DNA from: Candidatus Dormibacteria bacterium
GTDB taxonomy: Bacteria; Chloroflexota; Dormibacteria; Aeolococcales; Aeolococcaceae
Direction of reading: 5' to 3'
DNA: 55,971 bases
Assembly: GCA_050015875.1 (NCBI GenBank)
Contig: JBEKAP010000001.1
Coordinates: 1-55,971 of the forward strand
Numbering within the stretch: the stretch's first letter is position 1; every line of letters starts with the position of its first letter. Of the stretch, positions 26,274 to 35,424 are shown in pieces. The notes beneath the pieces are model-generated. The model searched no databases and was not told the origin of the DNA. It saw nothing but the letters and a program-made list of their open reading frames with translations. Position numbers and translations under genes: made by a program.

Positions 26274-28040
26274 GGGGAGGTGGCGCAGCAGCTTGGGCGC
26301 GGCGGCGATGAGCGCGGTCCACGTCAGCTCAGGGCTGAGTTGGGCGATGGTGACTGCCGGGGGCTGAGGGCGCGGACCGCGGCCGACGATCTCCTGGACG
26401 AATGCGCCGGGGTGTCGTGCCTCCACGAGCCGGCAGAGGAGTTCGTGGTATTCGTAGCCGAGAAGATCGGGAGACTCCGAGAAACCACCCACGTCGACGA
26501 GGACGGCCTGTCGGAGGAGAAGCGGAGCCGTCAGATAGGCGCGTCGCGCCAGTCGGCCCGGCTCCAGGGGCAGGGAGTTCCAGAGGCGGCCCGGCGCGTC
26601 GTCGGCCATCATCCCGTGCGCGACGGCCGGGGGTGCGTCGTGGGCAGCCCCTATCGCACCCAGAAGTTGCGAGATCGCACGAGGGAAGAGCTCGTGGCCG
26701 GTCTCGGTTATCAGCACGTATTCCGTGGCCACTCGCTCGAGGGCGGCGTTCAGGAGCTGCCCGCGTGACGGCCCGAAGTCGGCCCACCGATTCGGGGTCC
26801 GGCCCTCCACGACCAGGACCTCTTGAGGCGGGTCCGATTGACGGTCCAGGCTCCGCAGCGTGTGAGCCAGCGCAGCCGCGGTGCCGGGGACACTCACCAC
26901 GATCGCTGTGACCGACTTCTCGGGTCGCCCAGAGGGAGGGTGGGTGGTGACGCGGACCCCGGCCGTCAGGTTCGCGGATCCGAGGACAGCCGCATGGAGA
27001 TGGCGAATCGGCTCGGGCAGCGCCAAGGCCCAACTCGCCAAGGCGGGCAGTCCGTCATCCGGTTGCGGCGGCTCGGCCACGATCGGAAGCTCGGCGGAGG
27101 CATCCGCGGTCGCCGGGCGGCCGGGCTTCGGCCGGACACCTCGGGCGAGATCCTCCGCCACTTCGAGGAGCCGCACGGCCGACGGTCCCATATCCAGGCT
27201 CCGGCAGATCACGTACGCATCTCGCCGGACGCGGTTCAGGCGATCCGGGTGGCGCAGCAGGGCCTCGGCGGTGAGGGCGACGACCTCCGGGCGAGCAAGC
27301 AGGATGTGCTCGCCCGGGACGAGCGGCTCGTGGTCCGAGCTCTGCTCCGAGACGACGACGCAGCCGTTGCTCATCGCTTCGAGTACTCGCACCCACTCCA
27401 GGGAGCGGGACCCGCCCCGATGGAGGTTGATCAGCACCTTGCTCCGGGCAAGGTGCCTCAGTTTCGCCCCGCCCATGAGGAAGTCCTGCCTCGGTCGCGT
27501 CATCTGCTCGTGGGGTGGCACGAGCAGGCGGCAGTCCCATCGACTGAGCACCCCAGCCTGCCGCGCCAGGAGGCCGTCCCGTCGCGCGTCCGTCGTGCCC
27601 ATGTAGGTGATGTCGATTGGCCGTGGGCGTTCTGCGTCTCCACCCCATGCATCCCATCGAGGACTGTAGCCGAGGGCAAAGCGTTCCACGGGAAGACCCC
27701 GACGTCGAAGCTCGATCAGGGAGTCGTGGTTGATGTCAAACAGCGCGCCGAGCCCGGCCCCGTGGGCTGCGCTGACCTCGAAGGTGGCGTTGCCAGGGTG
27801 CTCGACGCAGAAGCCGATCGTGCGCTGACGCTCGGCCATCCCCGGCTGCTCGCCCGCGGGCGTGAGCTGGAAGTACTCGTGGGGGATGACGACGTAGGCG
27901 TGAGGCTCGGCGATCGTCGGAAACCTTCCGACGTGAACCGAGACGTCGGCTCCCGCATTGGCGACCGCATCGCTCACCACACCGAGCAGCTCGTGCATGA
28001 ACGCGCTCCCGCCGACGGCGGATACGAAGGCGATCCTCAA
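26262..28040 (-). CDS. Two-domain glycosyltransferase (N-terminal GT1/CgeB-like domain plus C-terminal GT2-like domain)
   Basis: 592 aa. The N-terminal half has KVLINLHRGGSRSLEWVRVLEAMSNGCVVVSE (GT-B C-terminal-lobe style). The C-terminal half has VTAIVVSVPGTAAALAHTLRSLDRQ ... YVLITETGHELFP (GT-A style). Confidence 0.75.
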   Translation of the reverse strand: MRIAFVSAVGGSAFMHELLGVVSDAVANAGADVSVHVGRFPTIAEPHAYVVIPHEYFQLTPAGEQPGMAERQRTIGFCVEHPGNATFEVSAAHGAGLGALFDINHDSLIELRRRGLPVERFALGYSPRWDAWGGDAERPRPIDITYMGTTDARRDGLLARQAGVLSRWDCRLLVPPHEQMTRPRQDFLMGGAKLRHLARSKVLINLHRGGSRSLEWVRVLEAMSNGCVVVSEQSSDHEPLVPGEHILLARPEVVALTAEALLRHPDRLNRVRRDAYVICRSLDMGPSAVRLLEVAEDLARGVRPKPGRPATADASAELPIVAEPPQPDDGLPALASWALALPEPIRHLHAAVLGSANLTAGVRVTTHPPSGRPEKSVTAIVVSVPGTAAALAHTLRSLDRQSDPPQEVLVVEGRTPNRWADFGPSRGQLLNAALERVATEYVLITETGHELFPRAISQLLGAIGAAHDAPPAVAHGMMADDAPGRLWNSLPLEPGRLARRAYLTAPLLLRQAVLVDVGGFSESPDLLGYEYHELLCRLVEARHPGAFVQEIVGRGPRPQPPAVTIAQLSPELTWTALIAAAPKLLRHLPSTG

Positions 28041-28312
28041 TCCCCGGCTCCGCGAGTGGGGGAACCGCAGAGAGCGAGCCGTTGCTCCGCCTCGAGAAGG
28101 CTCAGGAGCGCCTCATCGCGCTCTCGCCTCACCCGCTCCAGGGCTGCAACAAGCCGGCGCCGCTCCTGGTCCGACGCGATGCCCTCGTCCGTCGACTCGT
28201 CGGGATCCGGCCGTGAACCTCGACCGGGGGGTTTGTTTGTACTCATCTCGGGCCGCATGGTGAGGTGGTGCCCTACCGCCGCCGGCGGCGAATTCGTCGC
28301 ATCGTAGACCAT
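28037..28312 (-). CDS. Small hypothetical protein with predicted coiled-coil C-terminus
   Basis: 91-aa ORF whose stop overlaps the start of the downstream glycosyltransferase (ATGA-type coupling). The charged heptad-like stretch is QERRRLVAALERVRRERDEALLSLLEAEQRL. The start is uncertain (Met at 28312, 28258 or 28246). Confidence 0.4.
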   Translation of the reverse strand: MVYDATNSPPAAVGHHLTMRPEMSTNKPPGRGSRPDPDESTDEGIASDQERRRLVAALERVRRERDEALLSLLEAEQRLALCGSPTRGAGD

Positions 28313-28347
28313 GGGGTGACCTCGGTGCCGCTATACTGCCGCCGAGT

Positions 28348-29361
28348 ATGGCCAGGCCGAGGCAGCTGCGCCGAGTTCTCCTGGTGGGGTGGGGCTTCTT
28401 GGGATCAGCCGTTGGCGAGCGGCTGGCTCGTGACGGCCGGTCCCTGGTCGCATTGACGCGCTCAGAGAACGTGGCAACCCGTCGCGCCCGGTCTGTGGGA
28501 ATACAGATGGTCATCGGGGATGCCGCGGACTCAGCGGTCCTCGGGGAGGCCCTGGATGGCGTCGATCACGTCATCTGCGCGGCGGGCGGACTGCTGCCCC
28601 CCGAGGCCCAGGAGCGTCCGAAGGCGGATGCCGTGGCCACGCTCTCGCCGCTGCTCAGCCTCCTGGAGGCCCTGCGCAGGCGTGAGTCGGTGGGTCTGAC
28701 CTACCTCTCCTCGGGGGGAACGGTCTATGGCGATTCGGCCGGCTCGACAGCACGCGAGACGGACGCGGTCGCTCCCATCTCCGCATACGGAGTCTCTCGC
28801 GCGGCCGCGGAGATGTATGTGCAGATGTACGGGCGGGCATATGGATTCCCCCTGCAGATCGTCCGCTGTGCGAACGTTTACGGGCCCGGACAGCCCGCCG
28901 AGCGCAGTCAGGGCGTGGTCGCCGTGTTTCTCCACCGGGTTGCCACCGGCCTTCCGCTCCGCATCGTGGGGGACGGGACGGCGATCCGCGACTACGTGTA
29001 CGTCGGCGACGTCGCCGACGCGATAGCGGGGCTGGTCATCGGTCAGCATGACGCCGGAATCGTCAACGTGGGCTCCGGTCGGGGGCACACGGTCCTCGAG
29101 GTTGTGCAGCACGTGAGCAATGTCGTCGGGCGTCCGGCGGTTCTTGAGTTCCTTCCGCCCCGGCCCCACGATGTGCGGGCGATCGTCCTCGACATCGCCA
29201 AGCTGACCGGTCTCATCGATTACGCGCCGCTGAGCCTTTCCGAGGGCCTTCGCCGCAGTTGGCCGTACTCGGCGCGTGAGGCTCCGGCGCCCGAGGTGGC
29301 GCTCGCGACGGGAGCCGCGGCGGACCTGGTAGACCCGCATCATGGATCGGCTGTTTCGTAG
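28348..29361 (+). CDS. NAD-dependent nucleotide-sugar epimerase/dehydratase (extended SDR)
   Basis: Motif VLLVGWGFLGSAVGERL (a GxxGxxG variant). The YxxxK motif lies in SAYGVSRAAAE. Also VRCANVYGPGQ. Confidence 0.85.
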   Translation: MARPRQLRRVLLVGWGFLGSAVGERLARDGRSLVALTRSENVATRRARSVGIQMVIGDAADSAVLGEALDGVDHVICAAGGLLPPEAQERPKADAVATLSPLLSLLEALRRRESVGLTYLSSGGTVYGDSAGSTARETDAVAPISAYGVSRAAAEMYVQMYGRAYGFPLQIVRCANVYGPGQPAERSQGVVAVFLHRVATGLPLRIVGDGTAIRDYVYVGDVADAIAGLVIGQHDAGIVNVGSGRGHTVLEVVQHVSNVVGRPAVLEFLPPRPHDVRAIVLDIAKLTGLIDYAPLSLSEGLRRSWPYSAREAPAPEVALATGAAADLVDPHHGSAVS

Positions 29362-31384
29362 GATCGCGCGGATTCCGCGCGGTGTCGGGAGGCGTCTTCG
29401 CCGGCGGTTGCGCGGGACCGGTGGGTCCATCGTCACCACCGTCCCCTCCGGCAGGGCCCTTCGTGGGTCTTTCGACGATCCCGCGGATCCAATCCTGACC
29501 CGGACCCTGCAGCGGTTCTCGGGCTGGTGCCTCGAGGGCAGGGACGTCCCGCAACGGTTGGAGCTGACGCTCAGCGGCACCGCCCGCATTGACGCTGAGG
29601 TGGGCAGCCAGCGACTCGATGTCCCCCTGAACCTGGGACAGCCCGAGGTGACTCCCGCCTGCGGGTGGGAGGCGTGGGTGGACTTCTCCGACTGGCCGCC
29701 GGGTGAGCTCACCGTCGTGGCACGAGCGTTTGGACACTCGGGTGACTCGGCGATCCTGGGGACCAGGGGCTTCTCGCTGGTCGGGACGCGCCTGGTGGGA
29801 GCCCTCGACGCCCCGCGCGCAGGCGCCGAGTTGAAGGACGAGCTGCTCGCCGTCCGAGGCTGGGCCGTGATCGACGGAGAGCCTGCCGCGCGCGTCGAGG
29901 TGAGCATCGACGGCCGGCTGCTCGGGCGTGCCCGTCTGTGCGTCCCCAGCATCGGGATGGCCCCGCCGCTGGTTCGCCGCTTCGGGAGCCTCGCCGGCTT
30001 TGAGTTCCGGGACGCCCTGCCCCCCGGCGATGGAGACTCCGTCGGGGTCACCGTCGACGTGACCAGCCGCCGCGGTCACCGGGAGGTCCTCGCCTCCCGG
30101 ACGGTGCGCCGAGCCAAGTCCGTCGTCGCCGAGGACGAGAGGGAGGTGGCCACCCGCCTGCTAGAGCGGACGGAGCGGCTCATCCGCCGTTCGCGGCCGG
30201 CCAGGCGCGGTGCCCGGCCGTCGCTTCTCGTCTTCACCCATAGCCTGACCATCGGCGGTGGACAGCTGTACCTCAACGACCTGCTCACCTGCCTGGCCCC
30301 CCATCTGGGGCGGTGCACCGTGGTCTCGCCCGTGGACGGTGTCCTTCGCAAGGACCTCGACGCGCTCGGCATGGACGTCGTCGTCACGGGCAGCGTCCTC
30401 GACGCGCACCTCGAGAGGTACGAGGGAGACGTTCGCGACCTCTGTTTCTTCATCCAGGCCACCGATCCCGACATCGTGCTGGCCAACACCCTGGGATGCT
30501 TCCGCGCTGTGGACGCAGCCGTTCGTCTGGGCCTGCCCACGATCTGGAGCATCCACGAGAGCTTCGCTCTCGATGACTGGCTCGGTCTCAGCCTGGGAGA
30601 CGGTTGCTGCCACCCCTACGTCAGGGAGAGACTGCAGGCGTCGCTCGCCGGCGCCACCAAGCTGGTGTTCGAGGCGGCGGCGACTCGGGATCTGGTCGTC
30701 TCCGGCATCGATGCGGCTCAGACGGCCGTGGTGCCGTACGGCGTGGACATCGACAGCATCGACCACTACGCAGCCTCATTCGACCGCACCGCCGCCAGAG
30801 CCGAGCACGATCTGGCGCCTGACGACGTGATCGTTCTGGCCGTCGGGGTGGTGGAAGCGCGCAAGGGTCAGGGACCTCTGATCCAGGCGTTCATCGAGGT
30901 GGCGTCTGTGCATGAACGGGCCGTCCTCGTTGTCGTGGGGGACCATCCGTGCGAACTCTCAAGGACCTTCCACGACCTGATCGATCGCTCCGGGGTGCGC
31001 GACCGCGTGCGCCTTGTGCCCATCACGGAGGACATCTGGGAGTGGTACGCGATGAGCGACGTCCTCGTCACCGCAGCCGACATCGAGTCCCTTCCCCGCA
31101 CCATGCTCGAGGCCATGGGCTTTGGCCTGCCAGTGCTGTCCACCGACGTGTTCGGCGTACCCGATGTCATCGACGATGGCGTCAACGGGTGGCTCTTTCC
31201 TGCCCGCGATTGGGACGGCCTTCTGGCTGGCCTCCACCGAGTGCTGCGGATGTCTCGAGAGAACCGTCTGGCCGTCGGGGAGGCGGGCCGGGAGACGGCC
31301 CGGCGAGATCACCGTCGAGAGGGCTATGGCGAGGCGTATCGGAAGATGATCGATCAACTGGCGGGAGTAACACCCAGGGCATGA
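29342..31384 (+). CDS. GT4 (group 1) glycosyltransferase with a ~270-aa N-terminal extension made of two similar beta-sandwich-like units
   Basis: 680 aa. The C-terminal GT-B part has LLVFTHSLTIGGGQLYL and ESLPRTMLEAMGFGLPVLSTDVFGVPDVIDDGVNGWL (EX7E-type motif). The N-terminal units share the pattern G-x-[FL]D-x-P ... GW ... P-x-R-[LV]E ... G. Confidence 0.8.
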   Translation: MDRLFRRIARIPRGVGRRLRRRLRGTGGSIVTTVPSGRALRGSFDDPADPILTRTLQRFSGWCLEGRDVPQRLELTLSGTARIDAEVGSQRLDVPLNLGQPEVTPACGWEAWVDFSDWPPGELTVVARAFGHSGDSAILGTRGFSLVGTRLVGALDAPRAGAELKDELLAVRGWAVIDGEPAARVEVSIDGRLLGRARLCVPSIGMAPPLVRRFGSLAGFEFRDALPPGDGDSVGVTVDVTSRRGHREVLASRTVRRAKSVVAEDEREVATRLLERTERLIRRSRPARRGARPSLLVFTHSLTIGGGQLYLNDLLTCLAPHLGRCTVVSPVDGVLRKDLDALGMDVVVTGSVLDAHLERYEGDVRDLCFFIQATDPDIVLANTLGCFRAVDAAVRLGLPTIWSIHESFALDDWLGLSLGDGCCHPYVRERLQASLAGATKLVFEAAATRDLVVSGIDAAQTAVVPYGVDIDSIDHYAASFDRTAARAEHDLAPDDVIVLAVGVVEARKGQGPLIQAFIEVASVHERAVLVVVGDHPCELSRTFHDLIDRSGVRDRVRLVPITEDIWEWYAMSDVLVTAADIESLPRTMLEAMGFGLPVLSTDVFGVPDVIDDGVNGWLFPARDWDGLLAGLHRVLRMSRENRLAVGEAGRETARRDHRREGYGEAYRKMIDQLAGVTPRA

Positions 31385-32142
31385 CGGGCTCGGGACCGGA
31401 ACCCCATTTCACGGTCGTCACCCTGCCCGCCTACAAGGCGGAGGGCACTCTCGAGCGCACCGTGGGCGCCCTGCCGGCGGGAAGCGCCGACCATATCCTG
31501 CTTGTCGATGACGCCTCTCCGGACGCGACCGTGGACGTGGCGCGGCGACTCGGGATCGACGTCCGGGTCCATGATCGCAACCGCGGCTATGGTGCCAACC
31601 AGAAGACGTGCTATCGCGAGGCCCTCGACCTGGGTGCGACGGTCATCGTCCTCCTCCACCCGGACTACCAGTACGACCCGTCAGCCGTGCCGGCGCTCGT
31701 GGCTCCGATCGTCGCGGGCGTCGCCGACTTCACCTTCGGATCCCGTTTCGCCTGCGCGGGAAACCCGCGCGCTGGCGGCATGCCCGTCTTTCGCTACTGG
31801 GGCAACCGCTTCAGCACGGTGGCGGAGAACCTGCTCCTTGGCACCCATTTCACCGAGATGCACTCGGGCATGAAGGCGTACAGCCGGCGCTTCCTGGAGG
31901 CCGTCCCGTTCGAATCCTATTCGGACGACTTCGTCTTCGATACCGAGATCCTGGTGGCCGCCGTCGTGGGCGGGTTTCCGATCCAGGAGGTGGCCATCCC
32001 GACCCGGTACACGCGGGAGTCGTCGTCGATCAACGTCGGCCGATCGCTGGAATACATCGGCCGCAGCCTCGAGGCCTGCTGGCGCGTGTCGGGGACCAGG
32101 CGCAGGCAGCGACGTCGGGAGGCGGTCACGCGACCTCGCTGA
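31381..32142 (+). CDS. GT2 glycosyltransferase, DPM1-like
   Basis: The ATG at 31381 overlaps the upstream stop (ATGA). Motifs FTVVTLPAYKAEGTL, LLVDDASPDAT, NRGYGANQKT and LLHPDYQYDP. Confidence 0.85.
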   Translation: MTGSGPEPHFTVVTLPAYKAEGTLERTVGALPAGSADHILLVDDASPDATVDVARRLGIDVRVHDRNRGYGANQKTCYREALDLGATVIVLLHPDYQYDPSAVPALVAPIVAGVADFTFGSRFACAGNPRAGGMPVFRYWGNRFSTVAENLLLGTHFTEMHSGMKAYSRRFLEAVPFESYSDDFVFDTEILVAAVVGGFPIQEVAIPTRYTRESSSINVGRSLEYIGRSLEACWRVSGTRRRQRRREAVTRPR

Positions 32143-32209
32143 CCTCGGTGGCGACGCATCCGGGAGCGGGTGCGACAGGCGCCGTGGCAGTCGCGAAGAC
32201 GTCGCGGTC

Positions 32210-33163
32210 TCAGCGTCTCCCCCCATCGACCGGGGCAGCGGCAGGGACGACCGCCATCCTGCCGGTGTGATCGGTTCTCCCGAAGAGGATCGGCCTGTCC
32301 GTCGTGGAGAGGAACTCCTCCACCGCCTTCCGGGACCCAGCCCAGTCGCCGAAGTCGTCGATGATCAGCACGCCGTTGGGCACCAGGCGAGGCATCAGAT
32401 GGAGCAGCTCGTGCTTGGTGGACTCATACCAGTCCGTGTCGAGCCGAAGGACGGCGATCTCCCCCGGTGCCTCACGCGGCACGGTGTCCTCCACCCGACC
32501 CTTCACGTAATGGAGGCGGTGTGGCGGATATCCCGTGGTCCCCATGTTGGCGCGGACATCGTCGAGCGACGCGTACGCCCAGAGCCATGAGGTCTCCCTG
32601 TCGGCGTGAGCCAGCAGATCCTCCGCCCGCACTCCGGCGGGATCCCGGTCCACGTCCGCCGGGGGCGGCATGCCCTCGAAGGTGTCAAAGAGGTACAGGT
32701 CGCGGCTCCCGGGGCCCGCTTCGAGTGCGGTGAGAGCCGCCGCCATCATGGCTCCCCCCCGCCACACTCCGCACTCGACGATGGCACCGGGGATTCCTCG
32801 CCGCTCCACATACAGCACCGCGTCGCGAAATCCGATGATGCGGGCGGGCGACAGCATGGTGAATCCCTGCACGGCGGCCACCACCGCCTGCTCCCGGCTG
32901 TCGAGCGAAGCCCGGAAGCCCCCGCTTCCCGCACCCAGCCTGTAGGCCAGCTCGGCGCGCACGTCTTCGAGGTGTTGATGAAGTGATGGGGCGATCTGGT
33001 CCATGCCGCTCCGCAGGTCGTCGATGTGCGTGTGGAGCGACGGCGCGATCTGGGACATGGCGCCGCTCAGCCCGTCGATGCCGGCGCTCAGTGAGGCGAG
33101 GCTCGGGCCCGGCTCGGGGGAGGTCGCCTGCGCGGCCCCCCTTCTCTGGCGATGGACGTTCAC
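32210..33163 (-). CDS. TylF/MycF-family (macrocin-type) sugar O-methyltransferase with N-terminal repeat extension
   Basis: Motifs GAIVECGVWRGGAMM, LYLFDTFEGMP, LRLDTDWYESTKHEL and GVLIIDDFGDWAGSRKAV are characteristic of TylF-like methyltransferases. Confidence 0.8.
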   Translation of the reverse strand: MNVHRQRRGAAQATSPEPGPSLASLSAGIDGLSGAMSQIAPSLHTHIDDLRSGMDQIAPSLHQHLEDVRAELAYRLGAGSGGFRASLDSREQAVVAAVQGFTMLSPARIIGFRDAVLYVERRGIPGAIVECGVWRGGAMMAAALTALEAGPGSRDLYLFDTFEGMPPPADVDRDPAGVRAEDLLAHADRETSWLWAYASLDDVRANMGTTGYPPHRLHYVKGRVEDTVPREAPGEIAVLRLDTDWYESTKHELLHLMPRLVPNGVLIIDDFGDWAGSRKAVEEFLSTTDRPILFGRTDHTGRMAVVPAAAPVDGGRR

Positions 33164-33318
33164 CGGCGGACGGACATCCGCAGGGTTTCGTGGACCATGG
33201 CTCTCCGGTTGGTGCGGTTCTTGCGCGGCTTTGGCGCCCCGGGGCGCACCCTGGATGTTACACGCAGCGCGAGCAGGCCGCCCCGGAGCTCCGGCTCAGA
33301 ATCCGCCTCGGCCGGGGG

Positions 33319-34014
33319 TCAAGGAGCGGTCGCCACGACGGAGTAGTCCAGCGGCAGCAGCCACTGAGCGTCGAAGTCCGAGAAGGATCCGATCAGCGAC
33401 GCGAGCTGGGTCATCGTTTGGGCGATGAGACTGCGCTGCTCATCGCGGCCGTCCGGCTGACGTCCGATCATCCATCCCAATTCCGCAACCAGCTGGGCGA
33501 GTGTCGAGAACGCGTCGCTCAGAGGGACGATATCGATGTCGCTGAAGCCGGCGCGCTCGAGCAGATAACGCAGGCCATGCGGGGTGTACCGGTAGTAGTC
33601 GTGGGGTTGCTCGTGGAGGTACCAGACGAGCGGCGCAGTCATCCACAGCCTGCCCCCCGGCCTGAGGAGGCGGTGGAACTCGGTCAGCACCGCCAGGGGC
33701 TGCGGCACGTGCTCGAGGACCTGGGTGCACAGGATCGCGTCGACGGTGTCGTCACCGAGGGGGATGCTGTCGGCCGGAGCGCGCAGGTCGGGCGGCGGGT
33801 CCGGCCGGTAGGTGGAATTCTCCCAGTCGCACGTGACGTAGCTGACGTGCGGGAACAGCTCTCGGAACGGCGCATCGCCGGCCCCCACGTCGAGGACTGT
33901 CGATCCCGGCGCGACACCTTCAGCCGCGCGGCGCAGAAACGCGAGGTGGGGTCCCCGGGCCAGCGGTGCCCCATCGATGAAGGTCTGCAGGGCGTCCGAG
34001 ACCGGCTCAGCCAC
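33319..34014 (-). CDS. Class I SAM-dependent methyltransferase (Methyltransf_11-like)
   Basis: Motifs VLDVGAGDAPF, AILCTQVLEHVPQP and LRPGGRLWMTAP. Confidence 0.8.
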   Translation of the reverse strand: MAEPVSDALQTFIDGAPLARGPHLAFLRRAAEGVAPGSTVLDVGAGDAPFRELFPHVSYVTCDWENSTYRPDPPPDLRAPADSIPLGDDTVDAILCTQVLEHVPQPLAVLTEFHRLLRPGGRLWMTAPLVWYLHEQPHDYYRYTPHGLRYLLERAGFSDIDIVPLSDAFSTLAQLVAELGWMIGRQPDGRDEQRSLIAQTMTQLASLIGSFSDFDAQWLLPLDYSVVATAP

Positions 34015-34199
34015 CGTGCCATCTTATGGGCGCGACGAGCCTCCACGCAACGGCATGCGGCGGTCCCTCGACCACCGCGAGCGCCGCCCGAGGTGCTCCG
34101 CCCCTGGAGAAGCGGCCTCGGCCGTGGGCTGGGAGACGGCCCGGCTCGGCCCGACGGACGCGGGGACCGCCGGGAGTGTCTCCTGCTAACGTCGCCCGT

Positions 34200-34979
34200 G
34201 TGGACCCGGCACGGGGGGCCCTCAGGAAGGTTCCCGAGATCACCGCCTACTTCTGGATCGTGAAGGTCCTGACCACGGCGATGGGTGAGGCGACCTCCGA
34301 CTTCCTCGTGCATGCCATCGACCCCTTTGCGGCGGTGGCTCTGGGGGCGCTGGGATTCACCCTGGCCATGGCGCTCCAGCTCTCCGCCCCCCGTTACGTC
34401 GCCTGGGTGTACTGGCTGGCGGTGGTGATGGTGGCCGTCTTCGGGACCATGATCGCCGACGCCACCCACATCGAGCTGGGCGTGCCCTACGCGGCGTCAT
34501 CGGCGGTCTTTGCCGCGGTCTTGGTGGGCGTCTTCGTGGCCTGGTACCGCACCGAGGGGACGCTGTCGATCCACACCATCCTGACCCTCCGCCGCGAGGT
34601 CTTCTACTGGGCCACGGTCTGCGCCACATTTGCCCTCGGCACCGCCGTCGGTGACATGACCGCGTCGACATTCCGCCTCGGGTATCTCGCATCCGGCATC
34701 CTCTTCGCGGTGGTGATCGCGGTCCCGGCGGTGGCCCACCGCTTCGTCGCTCTCAACGCGGTGGTCGCCTTCTGGTTCGCCTACATCATCACCCGCCCCC
34801 TGGGAGCCTCCTTCGCCGACTGGATGGGCGTGCCTCGCGCACTGGGTGGCCTCAACTGGGGCAGGGGCACAGTCAGCCTGACACTGACCATCGTGATCGC
34901 CGGCTTCGTCGCCTATCTGACCATGACCCGGATTGATGTCGGGGAGAGGACGAGCGCGCTGTCCGGCGACGTGGTCTGA
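34200..34979 (+). CDS. Conserved integral membrane protein (COG4705-like)
   Basis: ORF 34026-34979 trimmed to the GTG at 34200. KVPEITAYFWIVKVLTTAMGEATSDFL matches my recollection of the N-terminus of this uncharacterised family. About 7 hydrophobic segments. The start is uncertain. Confidence 0.65.
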   Translation: MDPARGALRKVPEITAYFWIVKVLTTAMGEATSDFLVHAIDPFAAVALGALGFTLAMALQLSAPRYVAWVYWLAVVMVAVFGTMIADATHIELGVPYAASSAVFAAVLVGVFVAWYRTEGTLSIHTILTLRREVFYWATVCATFALGTAVGDMTASTFRLGYLASGILFAVVIAVPAVAHRFVALNAVVAFWFAYIITRPLGASFADWMGVPRALGGLNWGRGTVSLTLTIVIAGFVAYLTMTRIDVGERTSALSGDVV

Positions 34980-34982
34980 CGC

Positions 34983-35354
34983 CTACAGGAATCCGACCAG
35001 CTCCTCGACCAGACCCAGGAGCGGCCCCGCCTCCACAGGCTTGCTGACCACCGCGGCGGCTCCGAGCTGATAGGCGCGGTCGCGGGACAGGGTGTCGCCC
35101 GGGTCGGCGAGAACGACCACCCCGGCGGGTGGGCAGTCGGCGGTGAAGCGGATGGCCTGCAGGAACTCGAGCCCGTCGGTGTCCAGGCTGACATCGAGGA
35201 GAAGCACCTGGGGCGCGAAGGCCGGCAGCTCGGTGCGCAGCTCCCGGACGGCTCGCACCCAGCGCACCTCGTGGCCCGCCTCGCGAAGCGCAAGGATCAG
35301 TGGTCGCGCCACGATGCCCTCGTCTTCGGCCAGCAGAATGCGCACGCCCACCAT
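34983..35354 (-). CDS. Stand-alone response-regulator receiver domain protein (CheY-like)
   Basis: ORF 34983-35387 trimmed to the Met at 35354. Acidic pocket ILLAEDE, phospho-acceptor context VLLLDVSLDTDG, and conserved Lys in VVSKP. There is no output domain. Confidence 0.8.
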   Translation of the reverse strand: MVGVRILLAEDEGIVARPLILALREAGHEVRWVRAVRELRTELPAFAPQVLLLDVSLDTDGLEFLQAIRFTADCPPAGVVVLADPGDTLSRDRAYQLGAAAVVSKPVEAGPLLGLVEELVGFL

Positions 35355-35424
35355 GCCACGGATCCTAGCCGCACGCATGACGGTCATGCCACGCAGCCCT
35401 CACAGCCGCTATGCTGACCGCGGA

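Noticed and set aside
34026-34199. N-terminal 58 codons of ORF 34026-34979
   Set aside because: They are Arg/Pro/Gly/Ala-rich, have no hydrophobic segment, and lie in the divergent promoter region next to the methyltransferase gene. The conserved KVPEITAYFW start of the family lies just after the GTG at 34200.
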